This document shows, in pieces, positions 19,151 through 29,580 of a stretch of 64,000 nucleotides of DNA (the first letter of the stretch is position 1; each line of letters opens with the position of its first letter). The stretch comes from an uncultured delta proteobacterium (GTDB taxonomy: Bacteria; Desulfobacterota; Binatia; UBA9968). A model generated the notes under the pieces. That model did not search any database, had not been told where the DNA came from, and saw only the letters and a program-made list of their open reading frames with translations. Where the stretch lies: the NCBI GenBank assembly GCA_963804165.1, contig CAWDPO010000002.1, forward strand, positions 64,001-128,000, given 5' to 3'. The position numbers and the translations under genes are program-made.

Positions 19151-21364
19151 TCAGTGCAATTCTTCTTTCGGAGTGTGTTCTAGTTCAACCTTTCCGCCGG
19201 TCCTGCCCCGAGCGCGAACCGCCTTATAGACACCCTTCACCTTGGAGATATTCTGCAGCACTCGTTGGAGGTGATCGGAGTTTTTAATCATCACCTCGAA
19301 AGTATTGATCGCCCGTTGGCCTGTAAAAGTTCGCACTTGCGCGCGGGCGATGTTGGCCTCGGCGCTGGTGATGGCCGAGCTAATTGCCGCTAGCAGCCCG
19401 GGCTGATCAACGCAGGTCACCTCGATCTTGACGGGCCTCGGCGACTGCTCGGCTTCTTCCCAACTGACGTCGATCTTGCGATGTGGATCGCTCTCCAACA
19501 CCGTGGGACAACCCACCGTATGAACCGTCACTCCACGCCCGCGTGTAATGAACCCGACAATATGCTCCCCAGGCAGGGGGTGGCAGCAAAGAGCGAAACG
19601 CACTAAGACATCGTCCACTCCTTTGACACGAATTCCCAGACCGCGCTTTTGTTTCGACACCAGACGAAACAGCGATTCGAGCGCACCGTCAGCCTTCTTC
19701 GGCCCCGCTTCCAGCTTCTCCGGCGACATCAGCTTGGCGAGCACGTGGCGCGTAGTGATGCGGCCGTAACCGAGGGCCGAGAGTAACGCCTCCTCATCCT
19801 TCATCCCCAGCTCTTTCGTCACTCCGGCAATCTTGCCGTCCTTCTGCAGCGTCCCATACTCCAACTGATAGCGATGGAGATCACCGTCTAAAATTTCCCG
19901 GCCCAGCAGAACGCTCCGCTCGCGCTGCTGAGTTTTCAGCCAATTGCGAATTTTCGCTTTGGCCCGCGGCGTTTTCACCCATTTGAGCCAGTCGCGGGCG
20001 GGCGACTGTTGTTGGGTGGTAATAATTTCAACGGTATCGCCGCTGCGCAGAATATACTTGAGCGATACCAACTGGCCGTTGACCCGGGCGCCGGAACAAC
20101 GGTGCCCGACTTCCGTATGGATCCGGTAAGCAAAATCGATGACCGTCGAGCCTTTGGGAAAATTCAAGAGATCCCCTTTGGGGGTAAACACGTACATCGA
20201 GGTCGAAAACAGATCTTCCTTTAAGCTATGTAAAAACTCCTGGGGATCCTGCAGGCTTTCTTGCCATTCCAGCAACTGTCTCAGCCACGCGTATCTTTGG
20301 ATGTCGCTGACCTGAAAATCTTCCCCCTCTTTGTAGCGCCAATGCGCGGCGATTCCTTCCTCGGCGACACGGTGCATTTCATGGGTGCGAATTTGAATCT
20401 CGATGCGCTCCCCATAGGGTCCGATCACGCTGGTGTGGAGCGACTGATACATGTTGACCTTCGGCAACGCGATATAGTCCTTGAATCGCCCAGGCACCGG
20501 ACGCCACTGGGCATGAACCACGCCTAGCGCTTCATAACACTCGCGCGGTGTATCGACGAGAATACGAAACGCAACGAGATCATAAATCTGATCGTAGAGC
20601 AGGTTTTGGCTCTCCATCTTCTGATAGATGCTATAAAAGTGCTTGGGCCGCCCGGTCACCTCCGCTTCGATCCCCTCCGCCTCGAGTTTTTTCGTGATGA
20701 TCGAGATGACCTCTTCAGTATATTTTTCCCGATCGGTCTTTTTCTTCGCGACATTGCGCTTCAGTTGATAATAGATCTCCGGGTGCAAGTACTTAAGGGA
20801 CAAGTCTTCCAGCTCGCTCTTGATCCAGGCGATGCCCAGCCGGTGCGACAACGGCGCGTAGATATCCAGAGTCTCCTGCGCCGTGAGGAGTTGCTTGTCC
20901 GGCGGCATATGATCCAGGGTCCGCATGTTATGCACCCGGTCGGCAAGTTTGATCAGGATGACGCGCACGTCTTTGCCCATTGCGAGCAGCATCTTGCGGA
21001 AATTCTCGGCCTGCTTCTCTTCCCGGCTGCTGAAATTAGCCCGACCGAGTTTCGTCACCCCGTCGACGAGCGCGGTAATTTCCCGGCCAAAAAGCCCTTT
21101 AAGTTCATCGAGCGTCGTCAGTGTATCTTCAACGGTATCGTGCAGCAGTCCGCCGGCAACGCTGGGCACGTCGAGTTTCAAGTCGGCAATGATATCGGCA
21201 ACCGCCAACGGATGTATCAAATAGGGCTCACCCGAAAGCCGTTTTTGTCCCTGGTGGACCTTGGCGGAAAAATCATAAGCCTTGCGCAGAAGTTCGACGT
21301 CCGCCGCGGGATAGTAGGACTGGACTTTTTCGACCAGATCGTTGATCTTAATGTCTTTGCCCAT
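19151..21364 (-). CDS. rel: Bifunctional (p)ppGpp synthetase/hydrolase (Rel/SpoT)
   Basis: HDTVED hydrolase motif, KLADRVHNMRTL, RFKDYIA, YQSLHT, TGS and ACT domains. Confidence 0.96.
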   Translation of the reverse strand: MGKDIKINDLVEKVQSYYPAADVELLRKAYDFSAKVHQGQKRLSGEPYLIHPLAVADIIADLKLDVPSVAGGLLHDTVEDTLTTLDELKGLFGREITALVDGVTKLGRANFSSREEKQAENFRKMLLAMGKDVRVILIKLADRVHNMRTLDHMPPDKQLLTAQETLDIYAPLSHRLGIAWIKSELEDLSLKYLHPEIYYQLKRNVAKKKTDREKYTEEVISIITKKLEAEGIEAEVTGRPKHFYSIYQKMESQNLLYDQIYDLVAFRILVDTPRECYEALGVVHAQWRPVPGRFKDYIALPKVNMYQSLHTSVIGPYGERIEIQIRTHEMHRVAEEGIAAHWRYKEGEDFQVSDIQRYAWLRQLLEWQESLQDPQEFLHSLKEDLFSTSMYVFTPKGDLLNFPKGSTVIDFAYRIHTEVGHRCSGARVNGQLVSLKYILRSGDTVEIITTQQQSPARDWLKWVKTPRAKAKIRNWLKTQQRERSVLLGREILDGDLHRYQLEYGTLQKDGKIAGVTKELGMKDEEALLSALGYGRITTRHVLAKLMSPEKLEAGPKKADGALESLFRLVSKQKRGLGIRVKGVDDVLVRFALCCHPLPGEHIVGFITRGRGVTVHTVGCPTVLESDPHRKIDVSWEEAEQSPRPVKIEVTCVDQPGLLAAISSAITSAEANIARAQVRTFTGQRAINTFEVMIKNSDHLQRVLQNISKVKGVYKAVRARGRTGGKVELEHTPKEELH

Positions 21365-22016
21365 GGCTCGTTTCAGCGCGCCCTCTCTGGCGGAGCGAAT
21401 CAATTCGCCATTGCGTCACCCGGGAAACTTTGGCCCGCTCGGCGTCGACGATTGAGCTCAAGTTCCGAACGGCCTCATTCACCTCGCGGTTCACCACATA
21501 GTAATCATAATAGATTCTCTCCTTGATTTCATCCTGGGCATTGGCGAGCCGGCGGCGGATGATTTCTTCCCGGTCCGTGCCGCGCGCCGCCAGGCGACGT
21601 CGCAGTTCTCGCAGCGAGGGCGGCAAGAGAAAGATCGATACCGCGTGAGGGTAGAGCTGTTTGATCTGGCGCGCGCCCTGAACGTCTATATCCAGGAGGA
21701 TGTCGCGCCCCGTTTGAACACTGTGATCGAGTGGTTCTCGTGGCGTTCCGTAGGAATTGCCGTGAACTCTAGCCCACTCGGCGAATTCCCCGTTGGCCTT
21801 CATTGCCTCGAACTGTTCAATCGTAATGAAGCGATAATCCTGACCGTTGACCTCGCCCTTACGTCGGGCGCGAGTCGTGCACGACACCGACAGTTTGATT
21901 TCCGGATAGGCTTTGCGCAGACCGTGATACAGCGTCGTTTTCCCAGCCCCGGACGGCGCCGATAAAATGAAAATAATGCCCTGTCGTTTGGCGATTTGAG
22001 TTGACTGCCTGGTCAT
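21348..22016 (-). CDS. gmk: Guanylate kinase
   Basis: SAPSGAGKTT, SVSCTTR, YGT, IDVQGA, PPS. Confidence 0.96.
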   Translation of the reverse strand: MTRQSTQIAKRQGIIFILSAPSGAGKTTLYHGLRKAYPEIKLSVSCTTRARRKGEVNGQDYRFITIEQFEAMKANGEFAEWARVHGNSYGTPREPLDHSVQTGRDILLDIDVQGARQIKQLYPHAVSIFLLPPSLRELRRRLAARGTDREEIIRRRLANAQDEIKERIYYDYYVVNREVNEAVRNLSSIVDAERAKVSRVTQWRIDSLRQRGRAETSHGQRH

Positions 22017-22873
22017 TCGACGTTTTGAGTTTGCTCGCGAATTTTTTCGACTCGCTCTTTGCCTTGGAGGACAAGCTGGATGACGGCGAGGTTGGGCACC
22101 TTGGAGCTGATGGTATTGAGTTCCCGGTTAACCTCCTGGAGCATGAAATCGATTTTTTTCCCGACCGGCTCGCGCTCACGGGTGACCTTGGCCAACGCGG
22201 CCACATGAGTTTTCAATCGGACAATTTCTTCGTTGATATCGCCTTTCAAAACCGTCGTGGCCATTTCGGCGCCGTCTCTTTCTCCGCGTGACATGACTTG
22301 GCCCTCGGGGCTGGGCGCCTTTTGTACCCGCACGCCATTTTCAGCAGCCAACTCTTCGAGCGCGACGGCGATGCGCTTGATATGTTCGATTTGCGAATCC
22401 ATATCGGCTCTGAGCTGCGCCCCCTCCCGCTCGCGCGCACGCTCGAGTTTCTTTAGCGCCGCGCCAAGCGCCCGAAGCAACGCTTCGCGCTCGCTGCGAT
22501 GATCCACCTCGACTTCGCGCACATGAAATAGTTCGGGTAGGTTTGCCAATATCGACACGCCGACCTCGCCCCCCAACTGATACCTTTTTTTGAGCTGCTT
22601 CATGCCGGCAACGTACTGCCCCACCAGCGGCTCGTCCATTTCCAATTTGCGCGTCTGAACCTTGGCTGCATAGCGATTGACAAAAAGATCGATGCGTCCG
22701 CGTGATATCTTTTCGCGAATGGACTTGCGGATCTCTTCTTCGAAGGAAAGATATTCCCTGGGAACTCTCAGCTGCAGATCCAAATGGCGATGGTTAAGAC
22801 TACGGATCTGTACCGTAAGCCTCGTCCCGCGAATGTTCTGCGACGCCTCGCCATATCCAGTCATGCTCTTCAT
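22013..22873 (-). CDS. yicC: YicC/YloC family endoribonuclease
   Basis: MKSMTGYG, RSLNHRHLD, EEIVRL, GKKIDFMLQEVNRELNTISSK, EKIREQ.QNVE. Confidence 0.95.
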   Translation of the reverse strand: MKSMTGYGEASQNIRGTRLTVQIRSLNHRHLDLQLRVPREYLSFEEEIRKSIREKISRGRIDLFVNRYAAKVQTRKLEMDEPLVGQYVAGMKQLKKRYQLGGEVGVSILANLPELFHVREVEVDHRSEREALLRALGAALKKLERAREREGAQLRADMDSQIEHIKRIAVALEELAAENGVRVQKAPSPEGQVMSRGERDGAEMATTVLKGDINEEIVRLKTHVAALAKVTREREPVGKKIDFMLQEVNRELNTISSKVPNLAVIQLVLQGKERVEKIREQTQNVE

Positions 22874-23853
22874 GTTTTGTCCTTAATGGCGCGTTTTATC
22901 ATCACGGCTCGCACCGCCACCGTGCCGACCTCATCGCCAACGAAGCCGGCCGCGATATTGGCAAGCACCGCCGCATCATCATAGCCGGCGCCGCTCGCCA
23001 GCGCCAAGGCGCAGACCGCGACGACGGTGTCCCCCGCTCCGGTCACGTCGAAAACGTCTCGCGGTTGGGTGGGAAAATGTGTTACTGGAGCACGCGGTCG
23101 AAATAAACTCATTCCCTCGCCGCCGCGCGTGATGAGAACCGCTTCGGCGCGCCACTTGCGCAGCAATATTTTCCCCGCGGCAAGCAATGACGCCTCATCG
23201 CGTATTGCGGTTCCGGAAGCTTCGCTGGCCTCGTTTTTGTTCGGGGTAATCAATGTCGGCGATCGATAATTGTCGTAATTTTCTTTTTTGGGATCAACAA
23301 CGCAAAGAATCTTCCTACGGCCGACAGCCGCGGCAACGGATTCAAGTAGTTCGCCGTGAATAACGCCTTTACCGTAATCAGATATCACGATGCCGTCGAA
23401 CCGACCTTCGTTGGCTGAGACAAAGTCGCGCAGTCTCTTCAAGGTGCCGTGGCCGATGGATTGTCGGCTCTCGCGGTCGAGGCGAACGATCTGCTGATGG
23501 TGCGGCGTGGCGATGATCCGGCTTTTTTGTATGGTCTGAAATTGTCTGTCGGGGATGACGCCCGCAGTCGATGCTCCAACGTTGCGCAGGGCGTTGATAA
23601 CGCGTCTTCCCGCGTCATCCTTACCAACGATTCCGCAGGCGGTAACACGCCCCCCGAGCGAACAAACGTTGTGAATCACGTTGGCCGCGCCGCCGAGCGT
23701 GGAGTTCTCGGAAACGACTCGAAGCACCGGCACGGGCGCCTCGGGAGACAGCCGTTCCACTTCGCCCCAGACGAACCGGTCGAGCATTAGATCTCCGACA
23801 ACGAGCAGATGCACATCGCGAAATTTTTCGACTACCGTTAACAGAGGGTCCAT
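22870..23853 (-). CDS. rfaE1: D-glycero-beta-D-manno-heptose-7-phosphate kinase (HldE domain I)
   Basis: VGDLMLD, RLSPEAPVPV, GGAANV, SDYGKG, TPN, DVTGAGDTV. Confidence 0.95.
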   Translation of the reverse strand: MDPLLTVVEKFRDVHLLVVGDLMLDRFVWGEVERLSPEAPVPVLRVVSENSTLGGAANVIHNVCSLGGRVTACGIVGKDDAGRRVINALRNVGASTAGVIPDRQFQTIQKSRIIATPHHQQIVRLDRESRQSIGHGTLKRLRDFVSANEGRFDGIVISDYGKGVIHGELLESVAAAVGRRKILCVVDPKKENYDNYRSPTLITPNKNEASEASGTAIRDEASLLAAGKILLRKWRAEAVLITRGGEGMSLFRPRAPVTHFPTQPRDVFDVTGAGDTVVAVCALALASGAGYDDAAVLANIAAGFVGDEVGTVAVRAVMIKRAIKDKT

Positions 23854-23871
23854 GAAGAGCGCCGGGGGAGA

Positions 23872-24978
23872 TTAGGTGCCTGTCCTGAGAAGCTCGTAAT
23901 AATACGATTCATTCTCCATCGCCATGCGCTCCAGAGTGAAGTGCTGGAGCACGCGCTCGCGTCCTCGACGGCCCATTTCATCGGCGAGCGCCGGCTCCCG
24001 AACCAGCTTCGCGACCGCTCCGGCCAGTGCGCGCGCGTCTTGGGGCGCCACCAAAATTCCAGTAACCCCGTCGATCACCGACTCGGTCAATCCGCCCACG
24101 CGGGTCGCTATCACGGCTTTGCGCGCCGCCATGGCCTCGAGAACCGCAACTCCCAAGCCTTCGAACAAGGAAGGCATCACCAGGAAATCCACATCGAGGA
24201 GAAAGTCTGCAGTGTTGCCGACGAAGCCTAAGAAATCCACTTCGTCCCGCAATCCCAACCTAACCGCTTCTTTTTCGAGATGAGCTCGCAGGTGACCGTC
24301 GCCGGCGATGCGATAGCGCAGATCGAGCCCTCCCGACTTTAACAAGGCTGCCGCTTCGAGCAAGAAATGATGGCCTTTGCGTTCGTCGAGCCGCCCCAGA
24401 CAGCCAATCACTTTTACAGCAGTCGAAGCAGTATCTTTTGAGGCGCAAGTTTGAAATCGGCGCGCTTCGATGCCGCTGGGAATCCGGCGGATCTTCCGCC
24501 CCTCCACGCCGGCCTTTTCCAATAAATCGCCGATCGCCTGCGATATGACCACCACTCCGTCGACTCTTCGATTGTACAGACAATTCGTGTACCAACCGGG
24601 TCGCGCGGGATAATCCATTCTACGCGTTACCACGAACCTTGGCTGATTTCCCGCGCGCGCCAACCAAAGCGACAAGGCGTGAGCACGCTTGGTATGAAAA
24701 TGGACAATGTCGTAGCTCTCGACTAGAATTAATCGGCGCAGCGCGGGGACTACTCTGAGATCCAGGTCATTGCGCATTGAGAAGGAGCGTAATCTAACGT
24801 CTAAATTCCGGCATCTGTTGAAGAGCACGCCGTCCGGATCGGCGAAAAGGTCGTTCCGATGTCCCCGGCCCGCGAGATAAGTTAGCAGTCCTAGTACCTG
24901 CGCCTCCCCACCACCCCAATTTTTTTCAGGATCGATGTGTAGAATCTTCAGGAGGCGGCTATCCCCGCTTCCGCTCAA
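23872..24978 (-). CDS. GT4 family glycosyltransferase
   Basis: WGGGEAQ, KGH, PSLFEGLGVAVLEAMA, GG..E; start uncertain. Confidence 0.9.
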   Translation of the reverse strand: MSGSGDSRLLKILHIDPEKNWGGGEAQVLGLLTYLAGRGHRNDLFADPDGVLFNRCRNLDVRLRSFSMRNDLDLRVVPALRRLILVESYDIVHFHTKRAHALSLWLARAGNQPRFVVTRRMDYPARPGWYTNCLYNRRVDGVVVISQAIGDLLEKAGVEGRKIRRIPSGIEARRFQTCASKDTASTAVKVIGCLGRLDERKGHHFLLEAAALLKSGGLDLRYRIAGDGHLRAHLEKEAVRLGLRDEVDFLGFVGNTADFLLDVDFLVMPSLFEGLGVAVLEAMAARKAVIATRVGGLTESVIDGVTGILVAPQDARALAGAVAKLVREPALADEMGRRGRERVLQHFTLERMAMENESYYYELLRTGT

Positions 24979-25768
24979 GTTTTCGTTTCTCCTCCAATTC
25001 CAGCTCCCAAAGCTTAGCATACTTGAGAAAAACATAAACCGCCGCGGTGACGGCAACATAAAATCCGGCAAATCCTTCCATAAAACCTCGCTTCAATATA
25101 TACGAGCGAAAAAACCGAACCGCCGGCCGCAACAATGCGTCGCTGAGATGCCAACGCTCCCCTTCCTTTCTCAGCTCTCGTGACGAGATCGAGGTGAACT
25201 GATTAATCCTTCGGAGGTGATCGTCGATGTTGCGGTAGGAATAGTGCTGCAAGGGATTGCGCAGGCGGCGCACTTTGCCATCTATTAAAATTTTATCGTG
25301 CGGCTCCGATCCACCCCAGGTCGCCCGGTCGCGGCGGAAGAGCCGCACGTTATAGTCGGGATACCATCCCCCACGCCACCACCATCGGCCTAAATAGTGA
25401 ACCAGTCGTGGCACTGAATAACCGCTATACTCGCCGCCATCGCCGGCCAAGACCGACCGAATCTCATCGCGGAGATCCGAGGTCACTCGCTCGTCCGCAT
25501 CCACCGACAGAACCCATTGTTGGGTTGCTTGCGATTGTGCAAAAGCCTTCTGATCCCGGTAACCCGCCCACTCACGCTGCATAAACCGATCCGTATAGCG
25601 CCGGCAAATTTCCGGCGTCCGATCCGTACTAAATGAATCGACCACAACAATCTCATCGCACCAACGCAGGCTCTCAAGGCAGTCTCCAATGCGGTCTTCC
25701 TCGTTGCGGCAGACGACGATGGCGGAAACCGCCGAAGACGCCTGGGAGTTGATCCGTTCCGAAGTCAT
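24959..25768 (-). CDS. GT2 glycosyltransferase (WaaE/KdtX-like)
   Basis: NEE.RI.DCLESL, VDSFSTDRT, VDADER, WYPD, LKRGFMEG. Confidence 0.9.
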   Translation of the reverse strand: MTSERINSQASSAVSAIVVCRNEEDRIGDCLESLRWCDEIVVVDSFSTDRTPEICRRYTDRFMQREWAGYRDQKAFAQSQATQQWVLSVDADERVTSDLRDEIRSVLAGDGGEYSGYSVPRLVHYLGRWWWRGGWYPDYNVRLFRRDRATWGGSEPHDKILIDGKVRRLRNPLQHYSYRNIDDHLRRINQFTSISSRELRKEGERWHLSDALLRPAVRFFRSYILKRGFMEGFAGFYVAVTAAVYVFLKYAKLWELELEEKRKLERKRG

Positions 25769-26098
25769 GGCTGTCAGAAGATAAGAAGAACGTTCAAAAA
25801 AATCAAATGACTGCTTCAACTCCATGCGCCCGGATTTCATACGTACAAATCATTCAACGGCAGCAAGATACTGACTGAATTTGATTGAAGAGTTAGATGA
25901 CGCCCAGGGTGCGTTCAGGAGAGAAAGAGGAACTCTAAAATTCGACCCACGGGCAAAACGCGGTTTCGGCTCGCCGGCGTTGCGAGGAATACATATCGGT
26001 GCGCGGAAAAGCCCGCTTCTCTATTCTATTCCGTCGACCGCTGGCTGTTTCAAAGATCGTAGCTGGCGATGATAACGCTAAATTCCCGAAAATTCACG

Positions 26099-27004
26099 CT
26101 AACGATGCGACGCGCTCCATCGGTGTTGGTAAATCCGATACTTCAGCGAGTAGGGCGAATGCGCTACGGCTGCGTCGATAGCCTGCCCTGCCGCGATAAA
26201 TTGATTACTCCTCCAGCGGCTCTTCGCGAGGCGGTAGTAGCGGTAGGCAATCCGCCGAGCAACTTTTCTTGAACCGACCATTTCCGCGGCGTCCGGGAAG
26301 TCGCGGCGCAGTTTTTCAATCACTTTGATATTTTCCGTCAGCCGCAGTTCTTCGTTCAGCGTGATGTTCCCCTCATGTTTGCGGTATAGAAACACGACTC
26401 GGTCGATATACTTGACCGGGAAGCGTATGAACAAACGGAAAAACAAATCGAGGTCATGGCAGATGCGCAACGATTCGTCCATGCCGCCCACGGACGTATA
26501 GGCGCTCTTTGAGATGAGGGACGCTTGGAGCCGCACAATGCTCTTTGCAAACAGATCGTCCAAGCGAGCTCCTCTCGCCTGCAATTGCTGCGACTTCCTT
26601 GCCGGAATGATCGTCGCTCGGTGATGTGCAGGGCCGTCGAGATAGGCTCCGTTGCCGAAGACCAAGGCGCATTCCGGATGGTCGTGCACGTATCCATATA
26701 AAATTTCCAAGTGATCGGGAACGCATAAGTCGTCGGAATCTTGAAAGGCGATCCAAGACGCACAGGCCTGCCGCACGCCGACATTTCGCGCCGCCGCCGG
26801 ACCTTGATTTGGCTGGTAATAATATCGCACTCGCGGCCCGAACGACTCAATGACCGCACGAGTGTCGTCGGTAGAGCCGTCGTCGACGACGATCAGTTCA
26901 TAATTTTCGAATCGCTGTTGAAAAACACTCTCGATAGTCTGGCGAAGGAAATGCGCGCGGTTGTAGGTGGCAATTATCACGGACACGCCCGGCGGTTGGG
27001 TCAT
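26099..27004 (-). CDS. GT2 glycosyltransferase
   Basis: VSVIIATYNR, VDDGSTD, NQGPAAARN, DSDD. Confidence 0.92.
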   Translation of the reverse strand: MTQPPGVSVIIATYNRAHFLRQTIESVFQQRFENYELIVVDDGSTDDTRAVIESFGPRVRYYYQPNQGPAAARNVGVRQACASWIAFQDSDDLCVPDHLEILYGYVHDHPECALVFGNGAYLDGPAHHRATIIPARKSQQLQARGARLDDLFAKSIVRLQASLISKSAYTSVGGMDESLRICHDLDLFFRLFIRFPVKYIDRVVFLYRKHEGNITLNEELRLTENIKVIEKLRRDFPDAAEMVGSRKVARRIAYRYYRLAKSRWRSNQFIAAGQAIDAAVAHSPYSLKYRIYQHRWSASHR

Positions 27005-27021
27005 AAATCAATTTCGCAAGA

Positions 27022-27942
27022 TTAGGTGTGAAGATCGCCGGTGGCCCGGCGGCGCAATTTGCCCATTAGGTAGCCCCAGCGCTTCAGTACACGACCTTCA
27101 GTCTTGTAAGCCTTTTGGGTCCGCCCAAACATCCGGTAAATCCCATAGCGGATACAGTTGGCTAGGAGGTCGGGAATTACCTTGAATAGGAGTGAATCGT
27201 GTCGGTAGACGCTGCGGCTGACACCCTTGCGATACTCAACGTCCCGGTTGTAGGCCCGGCCGTAACGCGCGGGATTGAGTTCATGATAGACAATTGCATG
27301 CGGCGTATAGCCGATCTTAAACCCAGCTCTTTTGATCCGCATTGAGAATTCGGTATCTTCGCTGAATCCTGATGCGCCAGGTCCAAGACGCACATCAAAC
27401 AAACCTATCCTTTCGACGATTTCACGTTTGAATGACATGTTTGTTCCCGTGAGACCACGAATTTCGCAGATGTTATCGCCGTAGTCGATCACTGGTATGT
27501 TGTATTCCCGTAGTCGTTCAAGCTCCGCGGATTTTCCCAATTGATCCAAACCGGGAAGCACTCGGCCCTGAACGGCATCGTAGTGTGACCCATGATAGCA
27601 TTCCAAATGTTTCTTCAACGCCCATCGATCAATCACGACATCATCGTCAATGACCAAAATAAACCGACCTTGAGCCACCGTTAGCGCGAGGTTTAGAGCA
27701 AACCCTTTTCCTTGTTGCTTCTCATTGAGAACCGTTAGTCGGTAATAATTGTGCTTCTTCTGGGCGGTCTCCAATACTGAGGATGTTTGATCCGTTGAGC
27801 CATTATCAACAATCAGCACCTCAAGGGTAATAGACTCAAGCCCCTCCGCCAATTGAAGACTCGCTAAGAGCCGCTGCAAACTTGGGGCCCGATTATACGT
27901 AGCTATTATAACGCTAAGATCAGCGACTGAACCGATCGTCAT
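27022..27942 (-). CDS. GT2 glycosyltransferase
   Basis: SVIIATYNR, VDNGSTD, DDD, GTNMSF, SED; ATGA overlap with upstream gene. Confidence 0.9.
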   Translation of the reverse strand: MTIGSVADLSVIIATYNRAPSLQRLLASLQLAEGLESITLEVLIVDNGSTDQTSSVLETAQKKHNYYRLTVLNEKQQGKGFALNLALTVAQGRFILVIDDDVVIDRWALKKHLECYHGSHYDAVQGRVLPGLDQLGKSAELERLREYNIPVIDYGDNICEIRGLTGTNMSFKREIVERIGLFDVRLGPGASGFSEDTEFSMRIKRAGFKIGYTPHAIVYHELNPARYGRAYNRDVEYRKGVSRSVYRHDSLLFKVIPDLLANCIRYGIYRMFGRTQKAYKTEGRVLKRWGYLMGKLRRRATGDLHT

Positions 27943-28568
27943 TCGGTCTTTTCTCCGATAACGAGAATTCCGGGAGCGAAATCCAAATTCAGCAGTCGTA
28001 GCAATCCGCGATATCGGCAAATACGAATTCGCTTCTTCCATGTCATTTGAACGATCCTATATCCCCAGAATCGTTTAAAACCGGCGGTCCCCATCCATCC
28101 TGCCACATGACGCAGTCGAAAAGGAGTAATATGGGTTGAGTCGCCCCAAAAGGCGATGGGATGATGTACATTGGGGGTCGACACAAATAAGCGGCCTCCT
28201 GGAACCAGCAATTCGTAAGCCTTACGAAATAAAGTCAACACCATTCCTGGAGACATATGCTCAACAACCTCATAGCATACGATAGCCTCGTATTTTCCCG
28301 CTATTTCCTCTAGTGTATAAAAGTCATGTTCAAAGGTACGGTCAATATCCATGCTCTTATAGTCAAGGCTCCACCCTACTGATCTCTCCAAGTATCCCTT
28401 TAATTCGCGCTGATGAGCACCGACTTCCAGGACTCTCATTCCCGGTTTTAAAAAATCGCAAATCGGCTTGCGGGAATCACTAACTATGGGAAACTTCAAG
28501 ATGGGCTGTTCTAACTGGTCCTTGGCAAGTCTCTTAGCCCTATTGACGATTGTCCAGTCGATATCCAT
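27939..28568 (-). CDS. Class I SAM-dependent methyltransferase
   Basis: VLEVGA, EVVEH, LVPGGRLFVSTPN. Confidence 0.85.
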   Translation of the reverse strand: MDIDWTIVNRAKRLAKDQLEQPILKFPIVSDSRKPICDFLKPGMRVLEVGAHQRELKGYLERSVGWSLDYKSMDIDRTFEHDFYTLEEIAGKYEAIVCYEVVEHMSPGMVLTLFRKAYELLVPGGRLFVSTPNVHHPIAFWGDSTHITPFRLRHVAGWMGTAGFKRFWGYRIVQMTWKKRIRICRYRGLLRLLNLDFAPGILVIGEKTE

Positions 28569-28923
28569 ATCGCATCGCGTAAGTGAATTATTGTTGCAGA
28601 TATCAACTTCAGGTAACAGGAATCAGGCGAGAAATTATCGCGATGAAAAAGTTTGAGCTATATGATCAAAACGCATTCCGCAGAGGAGTATACTTAAGTT
28701 ATTCGCACTTTCACCTAGATTTTTCCACTTGTAAACTGTTTATTTAATCAAAATAGTTTCATTTAAAATCTTCACGTTATGCCTTCTCGCGAGATTTGGA
28801 GTCGGAACTATGACGCTGACCCGGTTCACGTGATCCCTTCAGCGTATCAACCCAGCGATATGCGTCATTGGACTCGTCGCGCTCCGAGACTCAGCATTTG
28901 TCTTGCCAAACCATAAATTCGAC

Positions 28924-29580
28924 CTAACGCGCCGTCGCAAATCCGCGTAACAGTTTCCGCGGCAGTGCGCGCCAGTGGCAACGCTTCACTCTCACTTGAT
29001 TATAGATTCTACGCAGGCGTATCGTGGTCTTTGCCTTGAGTCGGTCCATCAAAGTGATACGTCCGGCTTTTTGTATCGCAAGGATTCCATCCACTTGTCC
29101 CAAAACACGATAGCCGGGATTGGGCAAAATCTCGTTGTCAACGAGCTTTCTAACTCCTTCCCACGAATAGGTATCGTGCAACGCGATGACTCCGCCGTCT
29201 GCTACAAAAGGAAGCCAGCCGTAGAAATCCGTCGAAACGGACTCATAACTGTGATCCCCATCGATCCACAGCATGCCGATTGTCTTATGCCATCCTTCGA
29301 GCGCATCCATCGATGTCACAACAATCGGAATGACTCTCTTTTCGAGCCCGGCTTTTCTGATATTTTCTCGAAATGCTTCCTCGGTATTTACGTTGATCAA
29401 GCCGATTTTTTCTAGATCCCGTCCGCCGACATGCGGGTCGATTGCGTAAAGCTCGCTGCCATCGGCTGCTTCGGAGCCCTTGGCCAACCAAATGGTCGAT
29501 TTTCCCTGCCAACTGCCGATCTCAACGACGACGCCGAGACGAGACGCGCATCTTGCCAACTGATAAAGATAGGGGCCCTC
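28924..29580 (-). pseudogene. 3' part of IS-interrupted class I methyltransferase (Methyltransf_24-like)
   Basis: EGPYLYQLAR...VVEIGSWQGKST...IDPH...IDGDHSY...GGVIALHD; native 5' end lies beyond the IS at 30981-31058. Confidence 0.88.

Noticed and set aside
20606-21526. Long antisense ORF (306 aa) and similar shadow ORFs throughout the window
   Set aside because: They overlap well-conserved genes on the opposite strand, carry no motifs, and are expected in GC-rich DNA
25945-26020. c-di-GMP-I riboswitch-like GGGCAAAAC start
   Set aside because: No GNRA-capped P2 or GCAAAG junction, and it is on the strand opposite the flanking genes
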